A model generated the notes under the pieces. That model did no database searches. It saw only the letters and a program-made list of their open reading frames with translations, and was not told the DNA's origin. From the NCBI GenBank assembly GCA_965235115.1, contig OZ249436.1:53198001-53262000 (forward strand): a DNA stretch of 64,000 nucleotides, in the 5' to 3' direction. Below, in pieces: positions 1 through 14,500 of the stretch. The translations under genes were made by a program, and so were the position numbers. Within the stretch, counting starts at the first letter, position 1, and each line of letters begins with the position of its first letter. This DNA is from Laetmonice hystrix. Lineage: Eukaryota.

Positions 1-126
1 GTTTCCTGCCATAAAGTAGATTCTTAATCTTTTTTTCATGTTAAACATGTATTGTGTGTTGACCGTGTCTACCCGCCTGCCTCCCGTCAGGGCTGCCGGC
101 AAGGGCCCTGCATGCATACGACCGCG

Positions 127-279
127 AGCCGGGCCGTGCGCCCGTGAGCAGGCACCGTAAGGCCGTGTATCTCTGGCCGCGTCCAGTCAGCGCTGCTCGG
201 CAGCCGGGCCGTGCGCCCGTGAGCAGGCACCGTAAGGCCGCGTATCTCTGGTCGCGTCCGGTCAGCGCTGCTCGGCAGC
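127..279. repeat. Tandem duplication, 75-bp GC-rich unit x2
   Basis: agccgggccgtgcgcccgtgagcaggcaccgtaagg... starts at 127 and again at 202, near-identical. Confidence 0.9.
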
Positions 280-1802
280 GTGTAGGAAATCTGCGGTATT
301 TGTGGTATTTTTTCAGGAACCACACTTTTGCTGTAAGGGCAAAATGCCAAGCAAATTCTCTTCTCTGATTGGTGGATATTCGCAGAATAAATAATTTAAA
401 AAGTTTACTGCGGGCCGGGATGTTGCTGCCAATAAAACTAATAATCGGGATGGACCAGTATGGCAATTTGAAACCGATAATTTTGAAAAAATATTTAAAA
501 TATTTTCAATAAATATCATGAAAATATTTCACTGTGAATATGTTTGAACACATCTCATATCTTACTAGATTATTCATTAGAGGCTATATATTGGTGGGAA
601 ACATTTTTTAATTTTGTAAATATTAGGTACTAATTCCGCAATCGCCGTGCAATGTACGGTTATGCAGATTAGGTCTGACTGAAGCCAACCTTGCTTGAGT
701 GTGTGGTTATCCGGTAATAACTGGGCTATTTAGGGTATCCTCCGACGTGTGTTCCACGTGATTATCATAGTCACTGAAGGACATGAATAAGGAAAAACCG
801 TCATTCTTCAGTTCCCTTTGAAATATTCCACATAGGTAAAAAAAAATTCTTAGTTTTAGGTTTAAGTTGTTTAAACATGTGCTTCCAGCATAAACATGCC
901 AAAATCAACCTATGTTCTAGTGTTAAAATGTATGGTTTGTGACTTTTAGGGCCCCCCAAAATATTTCAGGAAATTTTACCATAGCCAACTGGCATCCCTG
1001 TTTAATAACATCATGACTATCTCATGACTATTGTGACGTGTGCTAGGTGTGAACTGTCACGTGATTAGTTCAGTCGTCCTTTGTTATGCTCATGCAGTAA
1101 AATGTGACTAGAAGATTACATGAAAACACTCCTGAGGCTCGTAACCCTAGTTGACTGTACAGTATTATAGAAGGCGCGGAAGGAGGCATAATGAAGGTGA
1201 AATTTGAACTGCCCTGCTGTGGCTAATTGATCATTATGAGGAGCTTGAGTAAAGGAAACTGCTGTCATAGTAGCCCCGGTACTCATTAAAAAACTTTGCA
1301 AAATTGATTTAAAATTGATTTAACTTCATTCATATCTAATTTAATAATGATTACCATTAATGCTGACATACCTTGAAAGTGAGGCAAAGTACTGCCAGCT
1401 TGGCCTGGCTCTAAAAACTCTGTATAGTTCTGTGCTTATTCTAATAATATCACGTTACTGTTTCTTCGTAATATGTGGAAAGGCCACGTTTATTTCATGG
1501 TCTGAATACATAATTCATATACATGTATCATAATCATTGGTTCGTTTTATATCATGTCATATCATTTTACTGGTTGTTGTTGACTGTTGCTTGGTGGCTA
1601 AGTGGGAAACGCCATCTGTGGTAAAAAGCCTCTCAAAAATAATCTGGCTTTTCCTTCTTTTCCTTCTGATCTTTTCAACATCACCATCCTCACAGACAGA
1701 CTGAATAAATTGCTTGTGCCCAATAGTTGGGGAATGGGCATATATTTCTAATTCTATCTCTCTTTCTCACTACCTTAATGCTTATATTCGACCTATTCAT
1801 GT

Positions 1803-2000
1803 GAGCCTTGATGGCTCAGAGGGAAAAGCCTCTGACTCGGGCCTGTCAGCACTGGGTGCGAATCCTCGATGTGGGAAAGTTTGTCAGCTGGCTGTGTGTC
1901 AGCAGCTGGTCGATGGTGTACTCAAGATCCTCTGCTTTCCTACACCAGTCAAAGTGCCTTGATATGACCCTGGCAGAAGTTGTGAAGGTGTATTTAATTT
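1803..2000 (+). mobile_element. tRNA-derived SINE-like element (degenerate)
   Basis: A-box-like TGGCTCAGAGGG (~1811) and B-box-like GGTGCGAATCC (~1855), then a core (tttgtcag...ggtcgatggt...tttcctacacc) resembling 32632-32700. Confidence 0.55.
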
Positions 2001-3277
2001 TAACCCGAGTACGAATCGCTCTACCAATGAACAGGTATTGATGGTGTTCAGCAGACCAGTTATGCCTGGACATGTCTAAAGGCTGTGGCACTCCTCCAAA
2101 TAATAAACCTACCTGTAATGTGCCATACTTGTCTAGTGCTGGATTTAGGCCTTTTTGAGATTGGTATGAGACCTCTTTGCTGATACTAGTGGTAGGCTAC
2201 CCCGTGGAAAATGAAAATCTAATCTCAACCTGTGAGGCGGCCATATATTTATTTCTGATGTAGCATCCCCAGTTTTGATTTTGATTTGACCTTAATTGAG
2301 CCGTTTTGTCCATATTACGGTAGATCTCTGCGACTTGTGGGGTGTTAGACACATTGCGGTCATGCAGTGCATGTACTCTGTCTTGCCCCCAACCACAACG
2401 TATTTACTTTGTTGTCAAACAATTTTGGTTCATAATCGCTAAAACCTGGTCCCACCTTGCATGCTCTAGTCACACGGATGAGGAATGATGGATTGTGCTT
2501 ACTCAGTCTAGTAATGATAATGTGGCTAAGCTACGACTAGGTTCTGTCCACACACAAAAAACTACACAAAAAATTGTAAAAGGTTGACTGAAAAAAGAAG
2601 GCGCCACGTTGAGCAGAAACTTTAGTTTGTATGTTATGATCATTTTGTTGGAAAAACGCACATAGTGTTTGGAAACTTCACCGTAGCTGTCAATAAGTAG
2701 ATTGATATACCGGTACTTACCCGGTAGTACTTGTCAATCAAAAGTTGAAGTGACCACATGGCAGTAATTATTCCGCCACTGTTTTTGTGGTTATCGGTTC
2801 AGTACAGGTAATAATTGACATCTTTTGACATCTTCCAGGCGTAAGAATGTTTAGTCCGTTGTCCTTACTCACCCCACTGTCTGTCGTAGCTGCACTTAGT
2901 GGCCAGAGATGTTCGTGACAGGTGATAGTTAGGTGTTCCAGTGGCCTGCAAAGTCATAACAAGGACTTTAGAAGTTATAGGCGGACTGACTTCACTTGGA
3001 ACACTCTTGGTAATCAGCCTTCATATGGACCCAGATAAAGATATAAATGCATATTTTCAGCAACACTGGAAATGATTTCTTTGTCCATTTTAAAACTTGT
3101 GATCCAACTTGATAATAAAGTGAGGCAAAGACTCATAATAATATAAATCTGTCCCCTTTAACTAATCAGGAAGTTGGCCCAGACAAGGAAAGAATTATTT
3201 AAAACAGGTCTATTCTGTTGTCACGACTTGCCATGTGCTTGAACCGAGAATTAACAAATTCAAGAAGCGTGGCAAAA

Positions 3278-3957
3278 GGAATTATCTTTCTCACAAACAC
3301 CAAGTCATCTAGATAAGAAACGGTTATTCACACTCCCTGTTGTGTTGGTGGTTAGATATGAAGTACATTAAATAAGGATAACATTTTGCAAGTCGGATTT
3401 TGACTGATGTTGTGGAAAAGCTTCATAGCAACTCTTTGGATCTTATATCAGACATTTCCTTAATTCTCAGTATCAGCTGCATCTGTGATGGGTTTTTGTG
3501 GATATTTTTTAGAATAACTTGACAGATTGTAACACGTTAAAAATGCAGACAGCTCCTGAGGCCCGCGATTGACCGGGCATAGGACAGTCACCTCACCTCG
3601 TATAATCTATTTAACAACCAGCAAAGGTCCCACAGCACCTGGAGACCCGGGAAAATGCTTAATTGCTCTGTAGCAGGATAGGAAAACTTGTAACAAGGCA
3701 CAACAGGACTATCCGTGCTCCCACTGCGACAATGTGACAAGCCATGCAGTGCCAAGATTTGAGGTCATTCATCTTTAATTATGATGTTTGGAATTCTCTT
3801 CCTCACAAACAGCAAGTCATCTCCAAGAAACCGTTTTTACCGTGACATTCCCTGTTGGTAGATAAATATGTCCTAGCATGAAATGATTTTGTAAGTCTGA
3901 TTTTATCTGATGTTGTTAAATAGCTAAATGGTAACTATTTGGATCTTATATCGGACA
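3278..3957 (+). repeat. Diverged ~170-bp direct duplication (about 3278-3455 and 3791-3957)
   Basis: Shared blocks ctcacaaaca-caagtcatct, ttttg-aagtc-gatttt, ctgatgttgt, tttggatcttatatc in the same order. Confidence 0.75.
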
Positions 3958-5798
3958 ATAGACTACTCAGAAAACAACATTCCTGTTCTCAACCAAAACA
4001 CTTTGGGCATCCTACTAACTAGTGATGAAAATGTATATTAGGACCCATGCGTTTTCATTGCCGTTCAGTATACATACATGTATATTATATATAGCACCAT
4101 ATGTATATACCGGTACACATATGATGCGAGTAGTGTTTATTAGGATCCGAGGATGTGCACTATGAAAAGTATGTTCCTGTTCAATAGGTTTGAACAATGG
4201 AAAAGGCCCCTGGCAAGTGACTTAAACATCAGACTTCAAGCACTAAGAAAGACAGGAAGCAGTGCTTCTAACATTGGTGCAGCTCTGTGCCATTCTCCAC
4301 TTACAGAATCGAGATATTCAATTTTTTTCTGGAGAGGCGGGGGGAGTATTTCTGGGACAAAACCGTTCTGGTACATAGACGTACGGTAGTGTTGGACGTT
4401 TCCTCGAGTGATTGACATCTACATTTTGACTTGGCTGCTAGGCATGTAGCAGTGTTTTTGCAACCTGTGTTGGGTACTGGCTGATCTGTCATACCGGACA
4501 CCAGCTGACAAAAGCAGCCGTTCTGGTGCGGCATTGCAGTCAGTGCTTCCAGCCTGTCTGTAAGAGAAATGGTAATGTTTTATTCACCAGTGTCGTTCAC
4601 CAGACAACACGGTGTCGTCATGCAAGTGATTTGGCCATAGGTCTCTCAAAGAAGAATGGAACAGCATTTTGTTTTGTATATTTTCCAAATAACCGACGCT
4701 GTAAGTCGCGCAAAACTTGGGTAAAGAGGGGATCTTTCCGAAGACCTCCGATGAACCCAAGAAAAGTCCCCACTAAAGTCCCTGCATTGAAACAGTTTTT
4801 GGGGAGATAAATTTTTACCAATCTGGAATTTTAAGGCTGACTTGTGTGATGGTCTATCATTGGCTGACTTCATTTGAAGAACCAATCATAAGCTCTGAAA
4901 CAAGAGTTCAGTCTTAAGATTTCAAACCAAACTTAAGGTTTCCAAACTAAAAACCGGGGCCTGGGGTCCAAGGGTAATAATAAAATGTCGGAGCCAGGGT
5001 AATAGGCAATATCTGATAATGTAACAACTGAAACTTCCTCGTCCGTCCAGAGGAGGTCTTCAGTTTCTGGTGATTCAGACAGGCCACTTAAACGAGACTA
5101 CCTTGCGAATACTGCAGTTTGTTGTAGCTGGGTCACAGTTAAAATTGCCCAGACAAAAACTACGGTATTCACCTTCCTCATAGTTGCCAGAGCAGCATGA
5201 CGTTAGCTAATGTAGTAGGGTAAGAAATCTACATAGTTGTTTAACATGCCACCCGATAAATTGGTGAAAAGATACCATAGGCAGGCCAGCCATGAAATCA
5301 GTACGTATGAGCCTCAACGCCTAAAAACCAGTGAGCACGCCTGTTGAGGACACGTTCTCAAAAATCCTTGAGATGTTTCGAGAAACCGGGCCCAGGAAAT
5401 GTGTTTGGCGGGCATCAGTCGTCTTAGTCTACCTGTACAACAAAACTGATGTGCGCCTCATAAAAAGTTTATTGAAATGGAAAGGCCATAGAAAGGTTCT
5501 ATCAGAGAACAATGATTCAAAACAGGATATCCCCAGATGGAAAATTCCTTACTCATAGCGACATTGATTAATGAAAGACGTCCATGTCCGGCTAAAGTAT
5601 GGCCAATCTGAGCTCCTGGCATGCCCATCATATTAAAAATAATATAAACGCAGCAGGGGCAGGAACTCCTTGCAGAGTGAACAAGGCGTCTCACAGTAAG
5701 AACCTTTATGAGCTCAATCTGCACAGGGATACGCCGGAGAATGAAACGCGGACACGATGGACAGTTTCTTTGTTGTCAGAAAAGCTCATAAAGACTTT

Positions 5799-6260
5799 TT
5801 AACCCCCATCCCTTTGGGGTGGAGCTTCTCATTTGACTCTGATCTCTATGTCAGTCATGTCAGTTCCGACGACGTATGACGTACGTAGACAGTTATTTCT
5901 CAGAACTGGATGGATCAACCTGCGTCAAACTTTACATATCAATCAGGGACAGTCTGAGGATGATGCACGGCAAATAGATTTTTGATATTAAAGATGGCAG
6001 CTTTGTCCCATCTTTGATGTAAATACATTTTGAGCAATAACTCCGAGAAAACAATCTTGATTTCTTTCAAACTTGGTGCGGAGAAGAAGCATGTGAGTGA
6101 GGGGCAACGTGCACGCCACTGTATTATGAGATTAGATTAAATATGCTGACATAGGGGCCATATTTGTTTATTACCCCCCCCCCCCCCCCAACTGACACCG
6201 GTTTGGCTTATATGTCGAAAATGGTGCAAGATACAGACTAGACGACTGTAACCCCCCCCC
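5799..6260 (+). mobile_element. Dispersed non-autonomous repeat, copy 1 (possibly Helentron/HINE-like)
   Basis: Blocks aaactttaca..atcaggga..tctgaggatgat..gatgtaaatacattt recur at ~8960, ~42405 and inverted at ~10380-10490; family assignment is inference. Confidence 0.5.
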
Positions 6261-7402
6261 CCCGCTCCCCCCTTGAAAAAAAATCCTGGAACTTTCCCTG
6301 TAAGTGGTAACTGGTGGTAGCAGACTCCAATCTTAATTCGGTATGATCAGCAATTGGGGGGAAGGGGGAGAATCAGTAGCAGATCCAATTCAAGAAGAGC
6401 CTTATGATGTGCAGAATAATGCTTTCCCTTACTGGGCACCAACCACCTTACTTGTTACATCCAATTTTGGGAGAGAAACAAACTACCATTTTGTTGTCAA
6501 AAGGTACAGAGGCAGTAGGCTTAAAGCAATCAACGAGTATCTGTTGTTTCAATGACTCCAAAATGGAGACGTGGCCTGTTAAATGAAGCCTTAGACTACA
6601 TAAATTGTATACCCACAGAAATGGAGAAATCTAATGAAATTGTTGCTGCTATGAAGTGTTCGTCTTATGGCTGGTTTGTTGACAGAATCGTTGACCTGGC
6701 ATTGACTTGAACAGCCAATGAAATTCATCAGGCCATGACCCACTGTGACTTTGTGTATTGCCAAACCAAGACTCTTAAAAGCTCATTGGGGGGGGGGGGG
6801 GGGGGCAAATTCGCATTCATTCTTAGGCTTGCCAGTCACACGTGAATTACCCATTGTCGCCAATGATCAGCTGATTGCAAATAATGCCGCTGAAGGTATT
6901 CGATTCTACCAAGAAAAGGAGAAAAACAGGAGCGGATGGGGAAATATTGCGACACATGGTTTTTATTGGGGAAGCAATGGATCGGTGGAGTAGTGTCTGA
7001 GGATCTCATGGCCTGAGGCAGACTGACAACGTTGGAGTCGCCAACCTCCTTCTACTTGACAGGTAAGCTAGGCTAAGAAATCAAAATCAATTTTTAAAAA
7101 TATAAAATGCCATATGTGACTGGCCTCGTTGATAAAAGGTATAGGCCTGGTCGAAAGGTATCCAGTCATTTTGTAAAAGTTGTTTCGTAACTAACGGCCG
7201 CCAAGCCCCTGCCCGCCAGACTCACCCGAGGACAGTATGCTCAGGTGGACCGCTGGGCAGTGCCAGATTTATAGGGGGACAAAAGGCGCACTTGCCCCGG
7301 GCCCCCCTGCCAGTGGGGGCCCCCCTCTATATAAAAAAAGATGACGCCATGTTGTAAATGTATTACTAATGTTTTGGTACGGTCTTGGTCACATGACTCC
7401 AG

Positions 7403-7575
7403 GGACCCATCTTACTAAGAATCGCTCCCCAAATCAGGGACATCCCCGTATTGGGGACATCTTCCTAACACTATATGGAGGGACTTTTTAGTAAGACACC
7501 TCACAACAGGGATACCCCTGATCTAGGGACTTTGGTGGCGATTTTGCTGGGGATCATCGTTAGTAAGACAGACCC
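7403..7575. mobile_element. MITE with imperfect TIRs, CWG flanks
   Basis: Left CAG|GGACCCATCTTACTAA, right TTAGTAAGACAGACCC|CTG. Confidence 0.65.
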
Positions 7576-8829
7576 CTGGAATCTCCATCACGTGATCAAT
7601 GACGCAGACTGGTCAGAGTCAGCGATAATTTCAAACTGGTAGAAAATGGTGATGTAAACAAAGTCGGGATTGAGGAGACTTGAGCGGCGATCCAGGTAGT
7701 GGAATAAGTTGGCATAATATGGCAACATTTGACTTGTCAAAGTGTTGGTATGTCTTACACAGGTGATTATTAGGGTGCTGATGCCTCTGTCCAAATTAAG
7801 GTTGATTTTGTTAGTGTTAGATTTCTTTAATATAGACAGAGCCTTCCTGGGACTTTATAGGCCTGGTAGTGGTTTGTTGTACCCATAGAAAATGGTTCAA
7901 CCAAAGTCGTTTTGCCAGTTAAATAATGTCAGAATTTGGATTGATTTCGAGTTGAGTTATTCAGACTCAGGTCGGGATGAAGTTTTTTTTTTAAATTAAC
8001 ACCCAGTAAGCCCAGGTCGTCGGCAGCTCAGAAACAGGCTGGATGAGCCTGCTTCACTTGTTTCCGTCAGAAGCCCATTTTATTCGGGCATCAGTCCAAC
8101 GGGTTCGTACCAAGCACCGTCATAGGACCAAGAATGTTGTCACTGGTGTAAGTGGCTATCTAAGTGCCAGGTGATACTACAGGGCCACGCTTGTATACCT
8201 CATCGGTAATCGCTAACTTAGTCTTAGGCGTGTCTGTGGGCCCGTTCATATTTCAAACCACGGAGAAAAAACAAACCGACATTATGCCAAACACGGACGC
8301 GAGTTTTTGTAAATCAAGATATTATTACTACTAGAAACCAAATGATGTTAGTTGAACCATACCGGGTAATTCTATGCAATCAGAATCATATACAACGTGT
8401 TTTATATATAATATTCATAGTATACGTTACTCATGTCATAAGCATTTATTTGTTCCACGTCAGCCTGGCACAGAGACATTTCACGTTAACTTTTTTCCTC
8501 CAGACAATGAGGCATTAATAAGATGCTATTAAAATGTTAGTGGACCGTTCGGTAAGCAAGAACACTAAGATGAGCATAGCATGTCAATGTCTAAGTACTA
8601 TAAAATAGCCACGGAACGGGTTCTTTCTAAATTAGTTCCACCACAGAATGCTTCAGGCTCACACAGGAGCAACATTTTCTAAACGTTTATTTATCATGCC
8701 AGAAACTGGTCCGAGTGGACAACTGAGGGGGGCACGTGCCCGTTTAGAGTAGACTGCCAGCAAGATGGGCTGGATAAAGACCTCCCAGTATATTCAGGCC
8801 CACCCGGCTGTGCCCCCTCCCGACTAAAG

Positions 8830-9200
8830 AATAATTACTATTATTGACAGATAGGAAGTCGTATGTGAAGTTCGTTTGCCGCCATTTTCCATCAGCTTGA
8901 ATGACCTTGAAAGGTCAATCAAGGTCATGCATATTTTCAATGCCCTGTATCTCCAAAAGACACAATGATCAGGAGCAATCTAAGGATGGGACAAGTCAAA
9001 CAGATATTCAGAATGACAGCGTGATGACCATCATAGATGTAAACACAATTGGAGCAATTGAGCATGTATAGGAAGTCATATTATAATATTTCAATTGGCA
9101 GTATCTGCCAATGTATCTGATTGATAAGAAGTAATATTGAATTTTATTTGTCACCATGTCACTTTACATGGAGAGACCTGCCAGGTCAATCAAGGTCATA
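8830..9200 (+). mobile_element. Dispersed repeat, copy 2
   Basis: tgaccttgaaaggtcaatcaaggtcatgcatattttcaa and acacaatgatcagg..ctaaggatg..gatgtaaacac shared with other copies. Confidence 0.6.
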
Positions 9201-10229
9201 GGTCCTATACCCATAAATAATTAGTCCATAACAAGTTGGAGGCTGTTACTCCGACAATATCTTGTTGTTTATCCATTCGAGTAATGAGATGTGCCCACGT
9301 CACTGGATGGACATTAGACGGGTTTCACTTCGTCTATAGCTTGCCGACCTTTCCAACAATCACACTCTGCCGCGCAGTACCTGGTGACGCTGCTGCTAAA
9401 CGAGAGCGGGGGGGGGGGGGGGATGAGGTCTCCATGGTGATTGCCGCAACCACCGAGATACACTCGGATCCGGGTGGTGCCAGGCACCACCGCCCCTACC
9501 TGGTCACCCAGTTGGCTAGCGTCACCACCGGCCCCTACCGCCCACCGTCAGCAGGGCACGGCCAATACATAAAAAACATGTCCTGTGCACTCAAAAGCAA
9601 CACCCAAGGAGCTTACTGTAAATTCAAACATTTAATGTTGATGAAGACATTGATTGGGTGACAGGGAATCTGCTTTGCCCTAATTAACTTCCCCTGGTGA
9701 CATGACTGAAAACACACCTTCTATTCGCCATAGCATAGCGGGGATTCTAGGCTGTTGACAGATATGATGCTCGATTGCCATGAGTAATCAGGTACGGAGG
9801 CTGGTAGGTGGGTCTGAATGACGTCACGCGTGTATTGAGAAAGGTTTGGTCAACACATTAAGGTTAAAATTGCTCTGAAAGATGCACACGACAGACCTGT
9901 CAAGCAACCCGTAAATAGAAATTAAGTGTCTCAGTCTGTGGCGGGTATCTGATACAATCCGTAGAACTTCAGTGGTCTTTATAGACATTTACCAATTCAG
10001 AATTGATTGGACGTAGTACCGGTAAGCATAAATGTGTTGCCATGTTTGCGCCACTTTAAAAAAAAGTCCCCGTGGGAGTCACAGCCTCCAACTGGGTAGG
10101 GACTAATTACCTGTGGGTCCAGGTGAGGAACTATGCGTACTTTGTATTTTTGAGATACAGTCCACGTGATACATCCGTGATACATGAGTCACAGAGAAAC
10201 TATATCTTCATCCATCATTTGTAGTAAGT

Positions 10230-10680
10230 GGTTAGCTTGAAGACCTTGATTGACCTCACGAGGTCACTTAATATAAACGGAAATAGTGACAAATGAAACT
10301 TAATATGACTTCCTTATCTTAGTTTATAGCCAGTATTTTAATCTGAACACTCGTTTGAAAGAACTTACAGACAATTTTGTCAGTGTTATTGCTCCAAATG
10401 TCTTTATATCCAAGATGGCAACCAAGTGACCAGTTTGAATGATATGTTTGAACTGTGGCATTCTTAGGCTGTCCCTGGTTTTTATGTAATGTTTCATGCA
10501 ACATTATGTCGTTATCTTCAACTATTTTGGAGTTACACGCCATTGAAATTATGCATGACCTTGATTGACCTTTCAATGTCACTAAAGGTCATGGACGAAA
10601 GATCATATTCCTATCTCTCAATAATAGTAACTATTGCATTATCCTGCATCATTTTCGAGATATGAGCCAAAACAGTGTTA
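10230..10680 (-). mobile_element. Dispersed repeat, copy 3 (inverted)
   Basis: ttgaaattatgcatgaccttgattgacctttcaa at ~10543-10577 is the reverse complement of ~8907-8940. Confidence 0.6.
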
Positions 10681-11539
10681 TTTAGGGGTAGTTTTGCAGT
10701 TATTTATCCAGCAGCAGCATGAATATATATTCTTTACTGTTTGATTATTGACATCTCGGAGATTCAGGCAAGTTACAAAGTACAACGTCTGTATACATTT
10801 TATTTACATTGGTGAATGACGCATAAGGCCCTGATATTTTATATACCGGTACACCACTGCCCAAAATGAATAGAGAGGTAAAATACTAATAATGATAGGT
10901 ATAAATAATACTGTAATAATGATGTGATAGGAAAGATCCTGTTGGTTTAGTGTAATTTAAGTGAGAGTACAAATGGTACGGACAAAATAAGCAGGAAACT
11001 TCCCGCCTGAACTGAAGACGCGGTGCTGCTGCCAGAGGTAATGAGCAGATGAGGGGACATACTCTCGCCTTCTCTGCTGTTTTTTTTAATTCCGAAAACA
11101 GTCTATTTTGTTCCTTTTAGTATATTTAACTGAATTGTATATTTCCTCTTTGTTTTTCTATGCAATTAATGTTAGTGCCTGTATGGTTCAACCCACACGC
11201 GGACATAGGAAGCAATCGTTGGTGAAGCGCATGGGAAATCATTTAGACAGCAGGTAGCTCGCTAGACCCATTTCACTGGGCCATTGAGTTCTATCAGGTC
11301 CTGTTTTGTGGTGCTTTTTTTAGACTAGATGACAAATGTGACGCAAAACAGAATCATGAATACGTCTTTGTCATGATGACTACAGACTACAGAAAGTGAT
11401 ATTTTCTAGTGGTTGACTTATGAAAGTTAATCCTTGGTTACCAGGATAAAGTGCGGAGAGTGTAAAGATAGTTTTAGAAACTGAAGAGATTGAAGTTAGC
11501 CAACTCACGAAGAAGGCCCAGTGGTGTTGAGGTTGTTAA

Positions 11540-11575
11540 AATGTTTCGACTCGGTAGGAGTCTTCGTCAGGGTTG
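11540..11575 (-). other. Decayed minimal hammerhead-ribozyme-like core (Penelope-like element signature)
   Basis: Minus strand CCTGACGAa-GACTC-ctacc-GAGTC-GAAAC: core boxes CUGANGA and GAAA flank a perfect 5-bp stem II; stems I and III do not form convincingly. Confidence 0.4.
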
Positions 11576-14500
11576 TTTCTATGTTGGAATTATCAGCTGA
11601 AGTTTTCAACCTGTTAAAAGTCGTTTCGGTTGCTGGGTTACCGGTGTGGAACGATACACAATCCATGGTAATGTTCAGATTGGTTGGAGTGAGTGAGAAA
11701 TGGTGGTTTTACGCCGTGTCAGCATCTAAGGCCATCTTCACGGTGAAAACAGAGCCAGAATACTGAAGACTGAAAGGAACCTATCTTATCCTGGGTCCGT
11801 ACGGGAACTGCTGAATAAGTGATATAATTGTTCTTCTGATGCAGTGCATATGGCCTTAGGAATAATGTCAGCATAGTAATTAAAATACGGCGGCCTTGAC
11901 ACTTGTTGTTAATAAAACATTAATGTTCATCATCATTTAAAAAAAAGTTGCTTTGTTTGGGCATGGTTCTGGGAAGATGTCTAGGAGCGTGTTCCTCATG
12001 CTGGAGGTTTGGAGGGGCTTGTTGGTTATCTGACTGAGGAGTGTTAGGGCTTGGTTGTCTTGGGCACTGGGTGTGGTCTAGCAGGGGGTAGGGGTGGGGG
12101 GTGGGGGGGGGGGGGTGCTGGCATTGTTGGCGGATGAATCCTTGGGTGGTTTGCTTCTATTGTCATGGGCGTATGGAGTGTGGCCGTATGGCTGCATAGT
12201 TGATGTTCAATGGAGTCGTCAGAGTCATGTGACAGGTGCAGGTCCTGAAGTAGTTGAGTTTCCTGTATGCTAGGGGCCGTATGCTGGCTAGGCGGAGAGT
12301 GGTGTTTACATCATGGGGTTTGATATTAGATAGTTTTAGTCTTACCAGCTTGAGTTCTGTTATGAAGCTTGTGTGGTTTATATCTTGGCCATTCTTCTGT
12401 TAATTAGAAACGGTGGACATTAATACGGGAATGTGGTTTTTTTTGTGGGGTTTTGGCGGTCTTTCTTTGGTTTTATTATTATTTCTATTTTTACGGTATA
12501 AATTTGGCAGTAAACCGACATGGACGACCCAATAATTTTCATTTGTTTGAAAAGGTTATCAGTTCTTGCAAGCGTGATTGGTGAGGAATTGTGGAATCCT
12601 AGTGTGACACACTATTTATATAGCCATATGATACATCCGCATGTGACATAGAAGCAAGGGCCTCAAGGCAGTCATTACATGCTATAAGTTATAGGTAAAT
12701 AAAAGGGGAAATAAGGGAAAGTGGTCATATTTATAAGTTTTGAAGAAACTGTCTGACAACTAAAAAGGAAATAGACACATGGAATTGCAAATTAGTTTGG
12801 AGTGATATTTATCAGGCAGCACGTGGCTGCATCGCGGTCCATGTCGACAGTACTGGTCCATGAAACATACTCTCAGCACCGACAGCTATCCTTCTTGTAA
12901 AGAAAACAACGAATTATTTTCTCTGCATAAATAGGCCAAATCTATACCGAAAAACAGAATTTTATAGGTATTTTCTTTCTTTCTTTCCTTTCTTTCTTTC
13001 GATATTATGTGCTGGCGTCCCGTAAGCAGTACCGGTAAGCATAAATCAAAGAAAGAAAGCCTGACAGTTTAAACCAGTTGTCATTTAAGACCTGCACAAC
13101 GTGGTATTCCTAGTACGGTGTAATTTTGCACAGCTTCGAGTGATGCGTATTCACATTAGAAGCTAGCCATAGAAGTAGGAAATTCTAAACGAAGTGTGAT
13201 TGGTCGTCAAGTTTGACAGCATGCGATATGGGAAAGGGCCGAGTGGAGATCACGACTAGAGCTTTACGAATGTCGATACCTAATGCCCTTATATTTTACC
13301 ATGTCGACAACCCGTAGTTAGTTTGGTTCAGTGTCAGGTGATTAACACATTTAAATACCTTGACGCATGTCAGCAATGCACTGTTATTGTACACGTTTTA
13401 TAATTTGAATGTAAGACTAAATGCTTGACACTTGGGAGTGCCAATTCTCAGTAAGGACCCAGGCTAGCAGCAGTGGTATTCATGCTATGTACATGTAGAT
13501 TCGTACCACTCAGTCGTTGAGGGAAAAGGCTGCAATAAGGCCCCTTCGTTGAATTTGTTTCTTACATTTTGGTTATAGAATAATAAAAGAATGATACAAC
13601 TGGCGACGGTAAGTGAGGCCTTAAATGTATCGGCAGGAAACGAACTGTTTCTCTGGCATGGTTTTGTTGTAAGTTTAATTTTATATTTCTCACTATAATA
13701 TTAAATACTGATAGAGTGTTTTGTGAATATTTTGAGAAGCAAATAGATAACTGACGGATATTGAGAGACACGTGTCACCACTTCGATGACTGATCGACAT
13801 CTGGAGCTGTGTTTAGAATGTTGTCTGAACCAAAGAAATTGCAGGAAGGCCAGAAGTTAAGTGCCGAGAATAATCGGACAGGAACTAATGCTGCAAGGAC
13901 CTCCGACTGTTGCTTTCAGTGCCCGGTCAGGCTAATATCATGATTGGCACAGCAGCTGACAATGGTACGAGTAATAAGCTGTGTCATTTGAAGGAGTAGA
14001 ACAATATTTAGGATGTCTCACCCTTCTGCAATGTGGAATACGCCTCCGTTGAGTCATATGGAAGAGAGGGCTGGGGTGGAGTGAAGCCTGTGTAGGGTAC
14101 AGGGTACATCCAGGGCTCCTCCACAGTGGGGTTAGGAACCCCCACCAACAAGCTATCGCCCAATCCAGATTTGATGGGTGATTTTAATTCAAAGCAGGGT
14201 AAAGTCTGGCAGTATGCTTTCTTTTACATCTGAATCATACTTTTGGAACTCAAAATGTTCTCGATGTGGGCAGTCGAGGGGCAGGTTGGTAACCCGCCAG
14301 GGCCGCATCCAGGGTTTTAAAACAGGGTCAATTCAGAAAGTTATGTGAGGAAATAAAAGGTGGGTTGGCAACGGGGCCTCCTTCTGGATCCCCCTCTGCC
14401 CCCCTCCCCACCCTCACCACCGGCCAACTGGGCGGTCACTTCGGACCCCGTGATCCGTTTGTTGAATGTAACTAGAGAATTCGCCCCCACCCTACCCAGC

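Noticed and set aside
5025..5070. Second hammerhead-like motif (CTGAAGA...GAGG on -)
   Set aside because: Lacks the GAAA box.
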